Of a DNA stretch of 64,000 nt, positions 47,993 through 57,106 are shown in pieces (the stretch's first letter is position 1; every line of letters begins with the position of its first letter). The stretch lies in assembly GCA_964558915.1 (NCBI GenBank), contig CAZLFV010000003.1, positions 743 to 64,742 on the forward strand, written 5' to 3'. A program made the position numbers and the translations under genes. Source of the DNA: an uncultured Eubacteriales bacterium (GTDB lineage Bacteria; Acidobacteriota; Aminicenantia; Aminicenantales; UBA8522). The notes beneath the pieces were generated by a model. It was not told the origin of the DNA, ran no database searches, and worked only from the letters and a program-made list of their open reading frames with translations.

Positions 47993-48496
47993 ATGAAAAA
48001 AATGACCGAAGAACACCTGAAGAACGCGTATGCGGGCGAAAGCCAGGCCCACATGAAGTATCTTGCGTTTGCCGACGCGGCAGAGAAGGAGAAGTTTGCC
48101 AATGTGGCCCGTCTATTCCGGGCCAATAGCTACGCCGAGAAGGTCCACGCCACCAACCATCTGCGCACGCTCGGCGGCATCGGGAAAACGGCTGAGAATC
48201 TCGGGGCGGCCGAGAACGGCGAGAATTTCGAAGTCGAAGAGATGTACCCGGCATACCTCAAGGTCGCTGAGAATCAGGGAGAAAAAACGGCGGCGACGAT
48301 GTTCACTTGGGCCATGGCCGCGGAAAAGGTTCACGCCGGCCTTTACGAGCGGGCCAAAGAGGTCGTCGAGAAGGGAAAGGACTTGAGCTATTTCCCCGTC
48401 CATGTGTGCTCGAATTGCGGGTTCACGATGGAGGGCGAGGCGCCCGACAAATGCCCAGTCTGCGGTGCCTCGAAACAGAAGTTCGTGAAATTTTAA
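47993..48496 (+). CDS. Rubrerythrin
   Basis: A diiron four-helix bundle plus a C-terminal CSNCG...CPVCG rubredoxin-like domain. Confidence 0.9.
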   Translation: MKKMTEEHLKNAYAGESQAHMKYLAFADAAEKEKFANVARLFRANSYAEKVHATNHLRTLGGIGKTAENLGAAENGENFEVEEMYPAYLKVAENQGEKTAATMFTWAMAAEKVHAGLYERAKEVVEKGKDLSYFPVHVCSNCGFTMEGEAPDKCPVCGASKQKFVKF

Positions 48497-48530
48497 GGCC
48501 AGTGGATTAGAATAAAAGAGGAGGCTTGAA

Positions 48531-49040
48531 TTGTCCTTGGACCCAAACTTGAGACCCTTTGAAGTCCTGGCTACGGCCATCCGGTCGGAGATAGAAGCGG
48601 CGAATTTCTATTCCCGGCTTCTGGACAAAGTGAAAAATATCCTCCTCCAGCAAAAGCTGAAATTCCTCATCCTTGAGGAAAAGAAGCACAGGAAAATTCT
48701 GGAAAAGCTCTTTAATGACCGGTTTCCCGACCGCGAGCTCAAAGTCCCGGAGAAGGCCGCCCGGCTCCGCTTGCCTCTCACTGTGGACGAAAAAAGCACT
48801 GTCCTTGACCTCTTTAAAGCTGCTCTCGCCGCGGAAAAGTTTGCCGAGGAATTCTATGCCAATGCCAGGAAAGAGGCCGGGGACGCGGCAAGCAAAAAAG
48901 TCCTTGAGTATTTGAGCCGCGTGGAACGGAGCCATTATTTCTTGATCAAGGCGGAGATCGATCTCCTGACCCGGTTTCCCGATTATTATGACGTCGAGGA
49001 TTTCCATCTCGGCCAGGACCTTTTTCATATCGGACCTTAA
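48531..49040 (+). CDS. Erythrin-like ferritin-fold diiron protein (paralogue of 54718-55224)
   Basis: TTG start. EEKKH and VERSH metal motifs. Clear similarity to the 54718 and 30950 products. Confidence 0.7.
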   Translation: MSLDPNLRPFEVLATAIRSEIEAANFYSRLLDKVKNILLQQKLKFLILEEKKHRKILEKLFNDRFPDRELKVPEKAARLRLPLTVDEKSTVLDLFKAALAAEKFAEEFYANARKEAGDAASKKVLEYLSRVERSHYFLIKAEIDLLTRFPDYYDVEDFHLGQDLFHIGP

Positions 49041-49109
49041 TATTCTCTTGAATATATAAAACGGGGAAGCCCAGAGAAGCTCCGTATTCCTTCGACTGGA
49101 GGGAGGGAG

Positions 49110-50225
49110 ATGAAACATACGTGGCGTTTGGGAAAAATCTTGGGGATCGACATCAATATCGACTCAAGCTGGCTGGTTATTTTTGTCCTTTTCACCTGGG
49201 TCCTGGCCGGCAACTATTTTCCCAGGGGTTATCCCGCCTGGCCGCGCACTCTCTATTGGGTTATGGGCCTTGTGACCAGCCTTCTTGTTTTTGCCTCGGT
49301 CCTGGCCCACGAGCTCGCTCATTCCCTGGTTGCGTTAAAGCAAGGCGAGAAGGTCCGGAGCATTACGCTTTTCATCCTGGGTGGAGTATCCCAGATTGCA
49401 GAGGAGCCCAAGGAACCGCTGAAAGAGTTTGCGATGGCGATCATAGGACCGATTTCGAGTTTCATCATCGCCTTCGTTTTTTTTGTCCTTTCGCTTTGGC
49501 TGAAGGCTGTCAGCGCTCCCCTGGCCGCCTCGGCCACCTATCTGGCGATTATAAACACAGCCCTGGGCATTTTTAACCTAGTCCCGGGTTTCCCCATGGA
49601 CGGCGGCCGCATTCTGCGCTCCATTCTCTGGAAAGTGACGGGCAATCTGAAAAAGGCGACCCGCGTGGCTTCATTGGCTGGTCAGGGAATGGCCTTCCTC
49701 CTTATTTTCTTAGGAATCTTCGAATTCCTGCGCGGCAGATTCTCAGGGCTGTGGTGGATTCTGATCGGCTGGTTCCTGCACAACGCCGCCGTCAGAGGCT
49801 ACAGTGAAGTCATGATTAAAAGCGTTTTGCAGGGAATGACGGCCGAGGACCTGATGAGCAAGGATTTCGAGACTGTTTCGGGAGATCTTTCGGTCCAGGA
49901 CCTTGTCGATCACTATATCCTCAAGAAAAAGGAGAGGGTTTTTCTAGTCAGCGATGACGGAGGCCTCATGGGGATCGTTTGCCTCGAGGATGTCAAACAG
50001 ACCCCGAAGGAAAAATGGCTGCAATCCAAGGTGAAGGATATTATGACACCGCGGGAACAGCTGGAGGCCGTAACTCCCGATGCCGACGGCAACAAGATTC
50101 TCTCCAGCCTGGCCGCGAAAAATATCCACCAGGTGCCGGTCATGAGCGGCGAGAAGATCGAAGGAATCATCTGCCGGACTGATATCATCCGCTATCTCCA
50201 GCTCCGGTCCGACCTGGGAGTTTAA
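49110..50225 (+). CDS. Site-2 (M50) metalloprotease with tandem CBS domains
   Basis: HELAHS (HExxH), GFPMDGGR, a TM core and a C-terminal CBS pair. Confidence 0.85.
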   Translation: MKHTWRLGKILGIDINIDSSWLVIFVLFTWVLAGNYFPRGYPAWPRTLYWVMGLVTSLLVFASVLAHELAHSLVALKQGEKVRSITLFILGGVSQIAEEPKEPLKEFAMAIIGPISSFIIAFVFFVLSLWLKAVSAPLAASATYLAIINTALGIFNLVPGFPMDGGRILRSILWKVTGNLKKATRVASLAGQGMAFLLIFLGIFEFLRGRFSGLWWILIGWFLHNAAVRGYSEVMIKSVLQGMTAEDLMSKDFETVSGDLSVQDLVDHYILKKKERVFLVSDDGGLMGIVCLEDVKQTPKEKWLQSKVKDIMTPREQLEAVTPDADGNKILSSLAAKNIHQVPVMSGEKIEGIICRTDIIRYLQLRSDLGV

Positions 50226-50230
50226 GGGGG

Positions 50231-50902
50231 ATGACGATGGAACCAGCCAAGAAGCGAATCGGAGCAATCATCCGGATTCTGCGCCGAGAGTATCCCTCGA
50301 CCCGAACAGCTCTCCATTTCGAGACACCCTGGGAGATTCTCGTGGCGACCATCCTGGCCGCTCAGTGCACCGACGAGCGAGTCAATAAGATTACTCCCGG
50401 ACTCTTCAAGAAATATCCCACGGCCGCGGAATTTGCCCGAGCGGATCGGGCTGAGCTCGAGGCGGATATCCGTCCGACCGGTTTTTTCCGCAATAAGGCC
50501 AAGAGCATCATCGGAGCCGCCCAGAAAATTGTCCAGGACTTCGGGGGTGAGGTGCCTTCGACGATGGAAGAACTGATCACTGTTCCCGGAGTGGCGAGAA
50601 AAACAGCGAATATCGTTCTCTCCTCCGGATTTTCGAAGGCCGAGGGGATCGCTGTCGATACGCATGTGAAGCGCCTTTCCGGCAGGCTGGGCCTGAGCCG
50701 CCAGAGCGACCCCGATAAGATCGAACGGGACCTGATGAAGATCGTCCCGAGAAAGGATTGGCTGGATTTTAATTACATGCTCGTGGACCATGGCCGGAAA
50801 GTCTGCCAGGCGCGAAAACCCCACTGCCCGCAATGCGCTCTCCGGAGCCTCTGCCCGTCTGCGACAAAGTTCTACCCGGAGCTCAAAACGAGAACAGCAT
50901 GA
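50231..50902 (+). CDS. nth: Endonuclease III
   Basis: HhH-GPD fold and the 4Fe-4S loop CQARKPHCPQCALRSLC. Confidence 0.92.
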   Translation: MTMEPAKKRIGAIIRILRREYPSTRTALHFETPWEILVATILAAQCTDERVNKITPGLFKKYPTAAEFARADRAELEADIRPTGFFRNKAKSIIGAAQKIVQDFGGEVPSTMEELITVPGVARKTANIVLSSGFSKAEGIAVDTHVKRLSGRLGLSRQSDPDKIERDLMKIVPRKDWLDFNYMLVDHGRKVCQARKPHCPQCALRSLCPSATKFYPELKTRTA

Positions 50903-51912
50903 TCAAAGAAGCCATGCTTTACCGTAGCCTCGAAGAGGGCAAAGTTGAATGTTTCCTCTGCAGCCACTGTTGCCTCATCCAGCCCTCCAAGTTTGGGGTC
51001 TGCGGTGTCCGGGAAAACCGGGACGGGAAGCTATTCTCCCATGTCTACGGAGAAGTGATCGCTGCGCACATCGACCCGATCGAGAAAAAGCCTCTTTATC
51101 ATTTCCTCCCCGGCTCAACGTCCTTTTCCATTGCCACCGTAGGGTGCAATTTTCGCTGTCCCTTTTGCCAAAACTGGCAGATCTCACAGGTCAAAAAAAA
51201 GGATCAAACAAAATCCGGGGAGGCGCGGCTTTCTCCTGAGAACATCGTGACGGAGGCGAAGCGGCAGCGGTGCCGGAGCATTTCCTACACTTATACTGAG
51301 CCGACGATATTTTTTGAGTATGCCTATGATACGGCGAAGCTTGGCCGGAGCGCCGGCCTGGCCAACGTCTTTGTCACGAACGGCTATATGACCGCAGACG
51401 CCTTGAAGACGATCCAGCCCTATCTTGATGCGGCGAATGTCGACCTCAAGGCTTTTAAAGACGAGACTTATAAAAAAGTTTGCGGAGCCCGCCTCGAGCC
51501 GGTCCTCGAATCCATCCGCCTGATGAGAGAACTGAAGATTTGGATCGAAGTGACAACCCTAGTTGTGCCGGGGATGAACGACGGGCAAGAGGAGCTCCGG
51601 AGCATTGCCCGCTTCATCGCCAGCGTCAGCCCTGAGATCCCCTGGCATGTTAGTCGGTTTCATCCTGACTATAAGTATACCCAGACAGGCGCGACTCCTT
51701 TAGAAACACTGCGGACAGCCTTCTCCCTGGGGAAAGAGGAGGGCCTCGAATATGTCTATATCGGAAATGTCTGGGGAGAGTCTGAGGACACGATGTGTCC
51801 GCGCTGCGGTCGACCGCTGCTCCGGCGGAGCGGTTTTTTTATCGAGGAGAACAACCTCAAGGACGGGAAGTGTTGCTTCTGCGGGAACCCAGTCGCCGGG
51901 GTTTTTGGCTGA
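50899..51912 (+). CDS. AmmeMemoRadiSam system radical SAM enzyme
   Basis: The ATG at 50899 overlaps the nth TGA. Radical SAM motif CNFRCPFCQNW, plus an N-terminal Cys cluster CFLCSHCC..CGVR. The ORF track start at 50833 lies inside nth. Confidence 0.85.
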   Translation: MIKEAMLYRSLEEGKVECFLCSHCCLIQPSKFGVCGVRENRDGKLFSHVYGEVIAAHIDPIEKKPLYHFLPGSTSFSIATVGCNFRCPFCQNWQISQVKKKDQTKSGEARLSPENIVTEAKRQRCRSISYTYTEPTIFFEYAYDTAKLGRSAGLANVFVTNGYMTADALKTIQPYLDAANVDLKAFKDETYKKVCGARLEPVLESIRLMRELKIWIEVTTLVVPGMNDGQEELRSIARFIASVSPEIPWHVSRFHPDYKYTQTGATPLETLRTAFSLGKEEGLEYVYIGNVWGESEDTMCPRCGRPLLRRSGFFIEENNLKDGKCCFCGNPVAGVFG

Positions 51913-51916
51913 AAGA

Positions 51917-52615
51917 CTACGCCAGCCAATCTTCAATCGTGGCGAAGTGAAGCTTGACCTGCGACTCCAGGTCGGCCGGCTTTTGCAAGCCACGTTCAGC
52001 GCAGCAAGCAGCGACTGCGGCATCAATATCAAGCCAGGGGGAACCAAGGTTGCCTGAGCCGTGCACACTTCCACTAATATTTTTTCTTTTTTGGCGGGTT
52101 TTCTTAGTCTTTGATTTTTTCCCGATGCGGCCGAGCTTCGCAACCATTTGCTTGTAGAGCGCCGCATAGATCTTGTCGAAATAGAAATAGTCTTCTGTTC
52201 CCTGAGATTTGAGATAAGATTCGACCGTGCCGTCCGTGCCATAGACTCCGAGGCAATCCGGATGGGGGGGCATACACCCGAACCTCTCTTCCCCTTCAGT
52301 GTCCACTATCTGTCCGAGAGGGTAGAGGCGGCAGACAAGAGGCCGGTCGGGATGGACGCCGCATCCTTTTGCGCTGAGGAAAATACAGCTTCCATCAGGT
52401 TTGACACCCAGGATGGTCCCTCCTTTTTCGGCATACTTGGCGTAAAACTCCGTGCTGGTCAGGCCGAAGTGCCGGGCGAGGCGCAGAGCTTCATAGGGCG
52501 AGACCCGGATAATTTTGCCATAGCAACAAGCGCTGCAGACCTGGCATTTGAAGGAAAACGGGGTCTCCCTCCCGAGGTCAAACGTCAAGGCTGTGGATCT
52601 GCCAGCGTCGTCCAT
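51917..52615 (-). CDS. YkgJ-family cysteine-cluster (CxxCxxCC) protein
   Basis: It carries FKCQVCSACCYG... and further Cys motifs typical of the UPF0153/YkgJ family. Confidence 0.72.
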   Translation of the reverse strand: MDDAGRSTALTFDLGRETPFSFKCQVCSACCYGKIIRVSPYEALRLARHFGLTSTEFYAKYAEKGGTILGVKPDGSCIFLSAKGCGVHPDRPLVCRLYPLGQIVDTEGEERFGCMPPHPDCLGVYGTDGTVESYLKSQGTEDYFYFDKIYAALYKQMVAKLGRIGKKSKTKKTRQKRKNISGSVHGSGNLGSPWLDIDAAVAACCAERGLQKPADLESQVKLHFATIEDWLA

Positions 52616-52855
52616 CGAGCGGCGTCAAGTCGCACCGTCATGACCAGTCGAAGGGAATGTTTTGCTGCTGCCAGATGGTTTCTCGGTAGAACTTGATCGT
52701 GATGCGGCTTCCTCCCATGACTTCAGTGGCAATATAGACGTATGGCTCACCCTTTTCATGCGCCGCATGCTGTGTTTTACATGCTAATATAGGGCAACGG
52801 AGATGTCAAATTTCTGATCTCATGTTAAAATAGAGCCGCGGACGCAGAGGTTCCG

Positions 52856-53281
52856 ATGGAGCAAAAATTTATCTTCCTCGACCACACGGCCGATGCCAAA
52901 TTTCAGGCTTTTGGCCGGACTCTGGAAGAAGCATTTGCCAATGCCGCCCTGGCCACAGCCTCATTGATGTGGGATGTCAGTTCTATATCTCAGCGGGTTC
53001 GGTATCCTCTTGGCGTCCGGGGCAAGGATCTCGAGCAACTCCTCGTGCAGTTCCTGCAGGAGATTGTTTATTTGTTTGACACAAAGATGTTTCTTCTTAG
53101 CTCTACCGAGGAGCTGCGAATCAAAGAAAGCGACCATGGATACAGCCTCGAGGCCGTCTTTTCCGGTGATGACCGCCCCGGCGAGTACAATATCTTCGGA
53201 GAAGTGAAGGCAATTACTTACAACGAGATAAAAATAGAACACAATGACCACGTCACCCTTCAGGTGGTTGTGGATATTTGA
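52856..53281 (+). CDS. Archease
   Basis: 141 aa with the FLDHTADAKF motif. It lies directly upstream of rtcB. Confidence 0.88.
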   Translation: MEQKFIFLDHTADAKFQAFGRTLEEAFANAALATASLMWDVSSISQRVRYPLGVRGKDLEQLLVQFLQEIVYLFDTKMFLLSSTEELRIKESDHGYSLEAVFSGDDRPGEYNIFGEVKAITYNEIKIEHNDHVTLQVVVDI

Positions 53282-53290
53282 GGTGCGAAA

Positions 53291-54712
53291 ATGGAACTCC
53301 GAAAAATAAATGATTTTGTCTGGGAGATCCCAAAACAGGGCGAGATGAAAGTGCCTGCGCTGATCTACGCCTCGGCCAAGCTTCTGGAGAGCGTCAAGCG
53401 CGACCTCACCCTCGAGCAGGCCAGGAATGTCGCCTGCCTGCCTGGGATTCAGCGGATGTCCTATGTTATGCCCGACGCCCATCAGGGCTATGGTTTTCCG
53501 ATCGGGGGAGTGGCTGCTTTTGACCTGGATTCGGGAATTATATCTCCCGGCGGGGTCGGTTATGATATCAACTGCGGAGTTAGGCTCGTGCGGACGGACT
53601 TCATGGAAAACGACATCTCCGCCAAGAGGAAGGAGCTTCTCGCCGAAATATTCAAGGAAGTGCCCGCCGGCGTTGGCAAGGGAGGCATCACCAAGCTTAG
53701 CCGCAGTGTGCTCAGGGATATCCTCACCAGGGGCGCGGAGTGGGCCGTCGAGCAGGGCTTCGGCACTAAGGAAGACCTGTCGATGACCGAGGAGAATGGC
53801 CGGATGAAGGATGCTGCCCCCGACTTCGTCTCCGAGCGGGCACTGGAAAGAGGCATCCCTCAGCTCGGGACCCTGGGCGCGGGAAATCACTTCCTCGAGA
53901 TTCAGAAAGTCGCCGAGATCTATGATCAAGACATCGCGCGGGTATTTGGAATTCAGACGGAGGGACAAGTCTTGGTGATGATCCACTGCGGAAGCCGCGG
54001 CCTGGGACATCAGGTAGCCTCCGATTATATCGAGTCGATGGAAAATAAGTTCGGGACCAAAGGGTTGCCCGACCGGGAGTTGATCAATGCTCCCATCTGC
54101 TCGCCTTTAGGTCAGCAGTATTATAAATCCATGTGTGCGGCGGTCAATTATGCCTTTGCCAACCGCCAGATGATTGCCCACTGGGTGCGTAATGTCTTTG
54201 CCAAAGTCATCGGAAGCTCCAAGGGAATGAGACAGGTTTACGATGTCTGCCATAATGTGGCCAAAATAGAAAAACATGAGGTCGACGGCCAGACCAGGGA
54301 ACTGTGCATCCACCGGAAGGGGGCGACGCGGAGTTTCGGGCCGGGTCGGGCTGAGGTGCCGGAGGCCTACAGGTCCTCGGGCCAGCCGGTGATCATCCCT
54401 GGAAGCATGGGCACGGCTTCTTACTTGCTGGTGGGAACCACAGAAGCGGAAAGTCTGAGTTTCAGCTCAACAGCCCATGGCGCCGGCAGGGTCATGTCGC
54501 GACACGAGGCGCTCCGCCGGTTTCGCGGCGAGCAAATCCGCGACGACCTCCAGAAGAAAGGAATCGAGCTTCGGTCGACAAGCTGGAAAGGGGTCGCCGA
54601 GGAGGCCTCAGGCGCCTACAAGGATGTGGATGAAGTTGTGCGGGTTTCCCATGAGGTTGGCATTGGCCGCCTTGTGGCCAAAGTCGTGCCCGTCGGGGTT
54701 ATGAAAGGATAA
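53291..54712 (+). CDS. rtcB: RNA ligase RtcB
   Basis: GYDINCG, HCGSRGLGHQ and HGAGR motifs. 473 aa. Confidence 0.93.
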   Translation: MELRKINDFVWEIPKQGEMKVPALIYASAKLLESVKRDLTLEQARNVACLPGIQRMSYVMPDAHQGYGFPIGGVAAFDLDSGIISPGGVGYDINCGVRLVRTDFMENDISAKRKELLAEIFKEVPAGVGKGGITKLSRSVLRDILTRGAEWAVEQGFGTKEDLSMTEENGRMKDAAPDFVSERALERGIPQLGTLGAGNHFLEIQKVAEIYDQDIARVFGIQTEGQVLVMIHCGSRGLGHQVASDYIESMENKFGTKGLPDRELINAPICSPLGQQYYKSMCAAVNYAFANRQMIAHWVRNVFAKVIGSSKGMRQVYDVCHNVAKIEKHEVDGQTRELCIHRKGATRSFGPGRAEVPEAYRSSGQPVIIPGSMGTASYLLVGTTEAESLSFSSTAHGAGRVMSRHEALRRFRGEQIRDDLQKKGIELRSTSWKGVAEEASGAYKDVDEVVRVSHEVGIGRLVAKVVPVGVMKG

Positions 54713-54717
54713 ATCCT

Positions 54718-55224
54718 TCAAGTAATGACTTTGTCGATGTCTTTTTCGGCGTAGTCCTCAAACTGCAGGGCCAGCGTGTATTCACTCTGCAACATCAGGA
54801 AGTGACTTCTTTCCACTTTGCTAAGGTATGCTAAAACCTTTTTTTTCGAAGGCCCGACCTTTTTGGCCAGGGAAGCATAGAAGTTCTGGGCTGATTTCTC
54901 TGCGATCATAGCCTGGTAGAGGATTTCAGCCAGCGTAGAGGACGGCCTGAGTCGGACAGAAGGAAGAAGGCGCTCGTCCACACTATCAGGAACTTGGATC
55001 GTCTGTCCAGGATAAAGAGTGTTGAACAGATTCTCCAGCATAGACTTGTGCTTTTTTTCCTCAAAGGCCAGGACCCGGAACTTCTCTTTTAGCAAAAGAT
55101 TTTTAACTCTGTTCGATAACTTGGTGTAGAGTTTGTTGGCATCAATCTCCGCCTGGACGGCATATCCCAGGAGCTTTTTGACAGGCTCTCTGGCGATACT
55201 AACCATGTTGTCTTCTCCTTTCAA
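54718..55224 (-). CDS. Erythrin-like ferritin-fold diiron protein
   Basis: 168 aa with EEKKH and VERSH. Paralogous to 48531-49040. Confidence 0.7.
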   Translation of the reverse strand: MKGEDNMVSIAREPVKKLLGYAVQAEIDANKLYTKLSNRVKNLLLKEKFRVLAFEEKKHKSMLENLFNTLYPGQTIQVPDSVDERLLPSVRLRPSSTLAEILYQAMIAEKSAQNFYASLAKKVGPSKKKVLAYLSKVERSHFLMLQSEYTLALQFEDYAEKDIDKVIT

Positions 55225-55282
55225 GACACATCAGGATACACTACTCCCGGAAATCTTTCAAATTGTGTCATCACGCCCCAGC

Positions 55283-56989
55283 CTACTTCAGTTTTTTCTG
55301 AAGCCGACTCAAGGTCAAGCAGTTAAGGATATCTTTCTTTTCCAGCCAGGCGCGCCGGGCGATGCCAACGCCAAACCTCATCATCTGAAGCCCGGCGGCG
55401 TGATGGGTATCCGTTCCGAGCGCAATCTTGAGGCCCATATCCTTGGCTTTTTTGAGGTAGAATTCGTTGAGGTCCAGGCGGTCATAAAAGGCATTGAGCT
55501 CCACGGCCGTGCCCGTCCGGCGGGCTCCCTCGAGCACGGCGTCCAGGTCGACATCATATCCCTCCCGGCCGGAGATGAGGCGTCCCGATGGATGCCCGAT
55601 TATATCGACATGCGGGTTCTCCACGGCTTTGAGAATCCTCGCGGTCACGTTTTTTTTGAACCCCGAATGGATCGAGGCCACGACTACATCCAGCTTTGCC
55701 AGGAGCTCATCGGGACAATCCACCCGGCCGTCGCCGAGAATATCCGCTTCAACCCCGGCGAGGAGGCGAAATCCCTTGGAACGCTGGTTGATCTTCTCGA
55801 CCTCTTTGATTTGTCGGTGAAGCTGCTCAGGAGTGAGACCGCGGGCGTAGCGGGCTGCCTCAGAATGGTCGCAGACGGCGATATAATCATAATTCAGACG
55901 CCGGCCCAATTCCGCCAGCTCGGCGAGCCCGACATACCCGTCGCTCCAGTCCGAATGAACATGGAGGTCTCCCTTGATGTCCCTGGCTTCGACCACATAA
56001 GGGAGCCGGCCCCCCAGGGCCAGCTCAATCTCGCCGCGGTCTTCCCTGAGCTCGGCCGGGATGAATGGAAGGCCCAGGGCGGCATAGACTTCCTCTTCCG
56101 TTCGTCCGGCAATCTTTTTTTCGCCTCGAAAAACTCCGTATTCAGAGATTTTGAGGCCTTTGTCCTTGGCCATGCCCCTGAGTTTGATGTTATGGGCCTT
56201 TGAGCCCGTAAAATATTGAAGAGCCGCTCCGAACTCCGATTCAGCAACGATCCTCAGGTCGACTTGGCGCTCCCCGGTTTCCGCTGCGATTATTGCCGAA
56301 CCTTTGGTTACACCCTCAGCCAGGACGCGTTTGATTTTGGGGTAGCGGGTGAAATATCGGATGATCGATGCCCCGTCCTTGCCGCTGGCCAGGATGTCGA
56401 TGTCTCCGACGGTCTCTCTCATCCGGCGGAGCGATCCCGCCGTCGAAATTTGTCCCAGGCCGGGAGCCCCCCGCAGATAATCGATGACTTCGTCGGCCAC
56501 GGCCGCGGCTTCGCCGAGCGAAATGCGTTCATGAGCTTTTTCGAGGAGTTCAATGCCCTTTCTAATGTTCTCGACCTTTTTTTCGCCCATGCCAAAGAGC
56601 GAGGCCAGCGAACCGTCAGCGATCACATTCTTCAGGTCCGCGAGGTTCTTGACCCCGAGCTCCTGGTGGGCCAGGTGGATCGTCTTGGCGCCCATATTGG
56701 GAATTTCCAGAAGGTCAAGAAGGGTCTCGGGGATCCCTGAAAGAGCCTCCTGGTATTTTTTCATTTTGCCCGTTTGGATGTACTCCTCGATCTTGGCGGC
56801 GATTCCGCTGCCGACGCCGGGGATCTCTTGGAGCTTTTTTTCACGGGCCACGGCTTCGATGTCCTCAGCCAAATCCTCCAGGATCCGGGCCGCCTTCCGG
56901 TAAGCCAGGACTTTGAACCCAACTTCCCCTTTAATCTCCAGGGCATCGGCGATCTTGGAAAATAGGGCAGCGATTTCCTTGTTTTTCAT
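55283..56989 (-). CDS. polX: DNA polymerase X family protein with C-terminal PHP domain
   Basis: The N-terminus is HhH/pol-beta-like. The PHP domain carries HVHSDWSDG and GTDTHH. Confidence 0.9.
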   Translation of the reverse strand: MKNKEIAALFSKIADALEIKGEVGFKVLAYRKAARILEDLAEDIEAVAREKKLQEIPGVGSGIAAKIEEYIQTGKMKKYQEALSGIPETLLDLLEIPNMGAKTIHLAHQELGVKNLADLKNVIADGSLASLFGMGEKKVENIRKGIELLEKAHERISLGEAAAVADEVIDYLRGAPGLGQISTAGSLRRMRETVGDIDILASGKDGASIIRYFTRYPKIKRVLAEGVTKGSAIIAAETGERQVDLRIVAESEFGAALQYFTGSKAHNIKLRGMAKDKGLKISEYGVFRGEKKIAGRTEEEVYAALGLPFIPAELREDRGEIELALGGRLPYVVEARDIKGDLHVHSDWSDGYVGLAELAELGRRLNYDYIAVCDHSEAARYARGLTPEQLHRQIKEVEKINQRSKGFRLLAGVEADILGDGRVDCPDELLAKLDVVVASIHSGFKKNVTARILKAVENPHVDIIGHPSGRLISGREGYDVDLDAVLEGARRTGTAVELNAFYDRLDLNEFYLKKAKDMGLKIALGTDTHHAAGLQMMRFGVGIARRAWLEKKDILNCLTLSRLQKKLK

Positions 56990-57068
56990 CTCCCTGTGTG
57001 ATCTCTAATTTACCATATTATATATAGAGAGGGAGGTCAAAACAATTTGTCCTGCCATGTGGACCCTG

Positions 57069-57097
57069 TTGACATTTCGAACGGCTACTTTTATCGT
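57069..57097 (+). promoter_or_regulatory. Sigma-70-like promoter (TTGACA - 17 nt - TATCGT), implying a near-leaderless thyX mRNA
   Basis: TTGACA at 57069-57074 and TATCGT at 57092-57097. The ATG is at 57107, and no SD lies between. Confidence 0.3.
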
Positions 57098-57106
57098 AGA
57101 AAAATC

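Noticed and set aside
52638-52805. A 55-codon open frame on the minus strand upstream of the YkgJ gene, with protein-like sequence (...EKGEPYVYIATEVMGGSRITIKFYRETIWQQQNIPFDWS*).
   Set aside because: There is no ATG/GTG/TTG start except an internal Met that leaves 26 aa, and I recognise no family. It may be a gene remnant, but the evidence is too thin to call.
52961-54010. A 349-aa minus-strand ORF opposite rtcB. There are similar cases at 55133-56203 (opposite polX), 24353-25348 (opposite ntrY), 16435-17322 (opposite deoC), 12193-12996 (opposite araB) and 60394-61215.
   Set aside because: Each fully overlaps a gene with strong family signatures. None has recognisable motifs or an RBS. This is a systematic shadow-ORF pattern.
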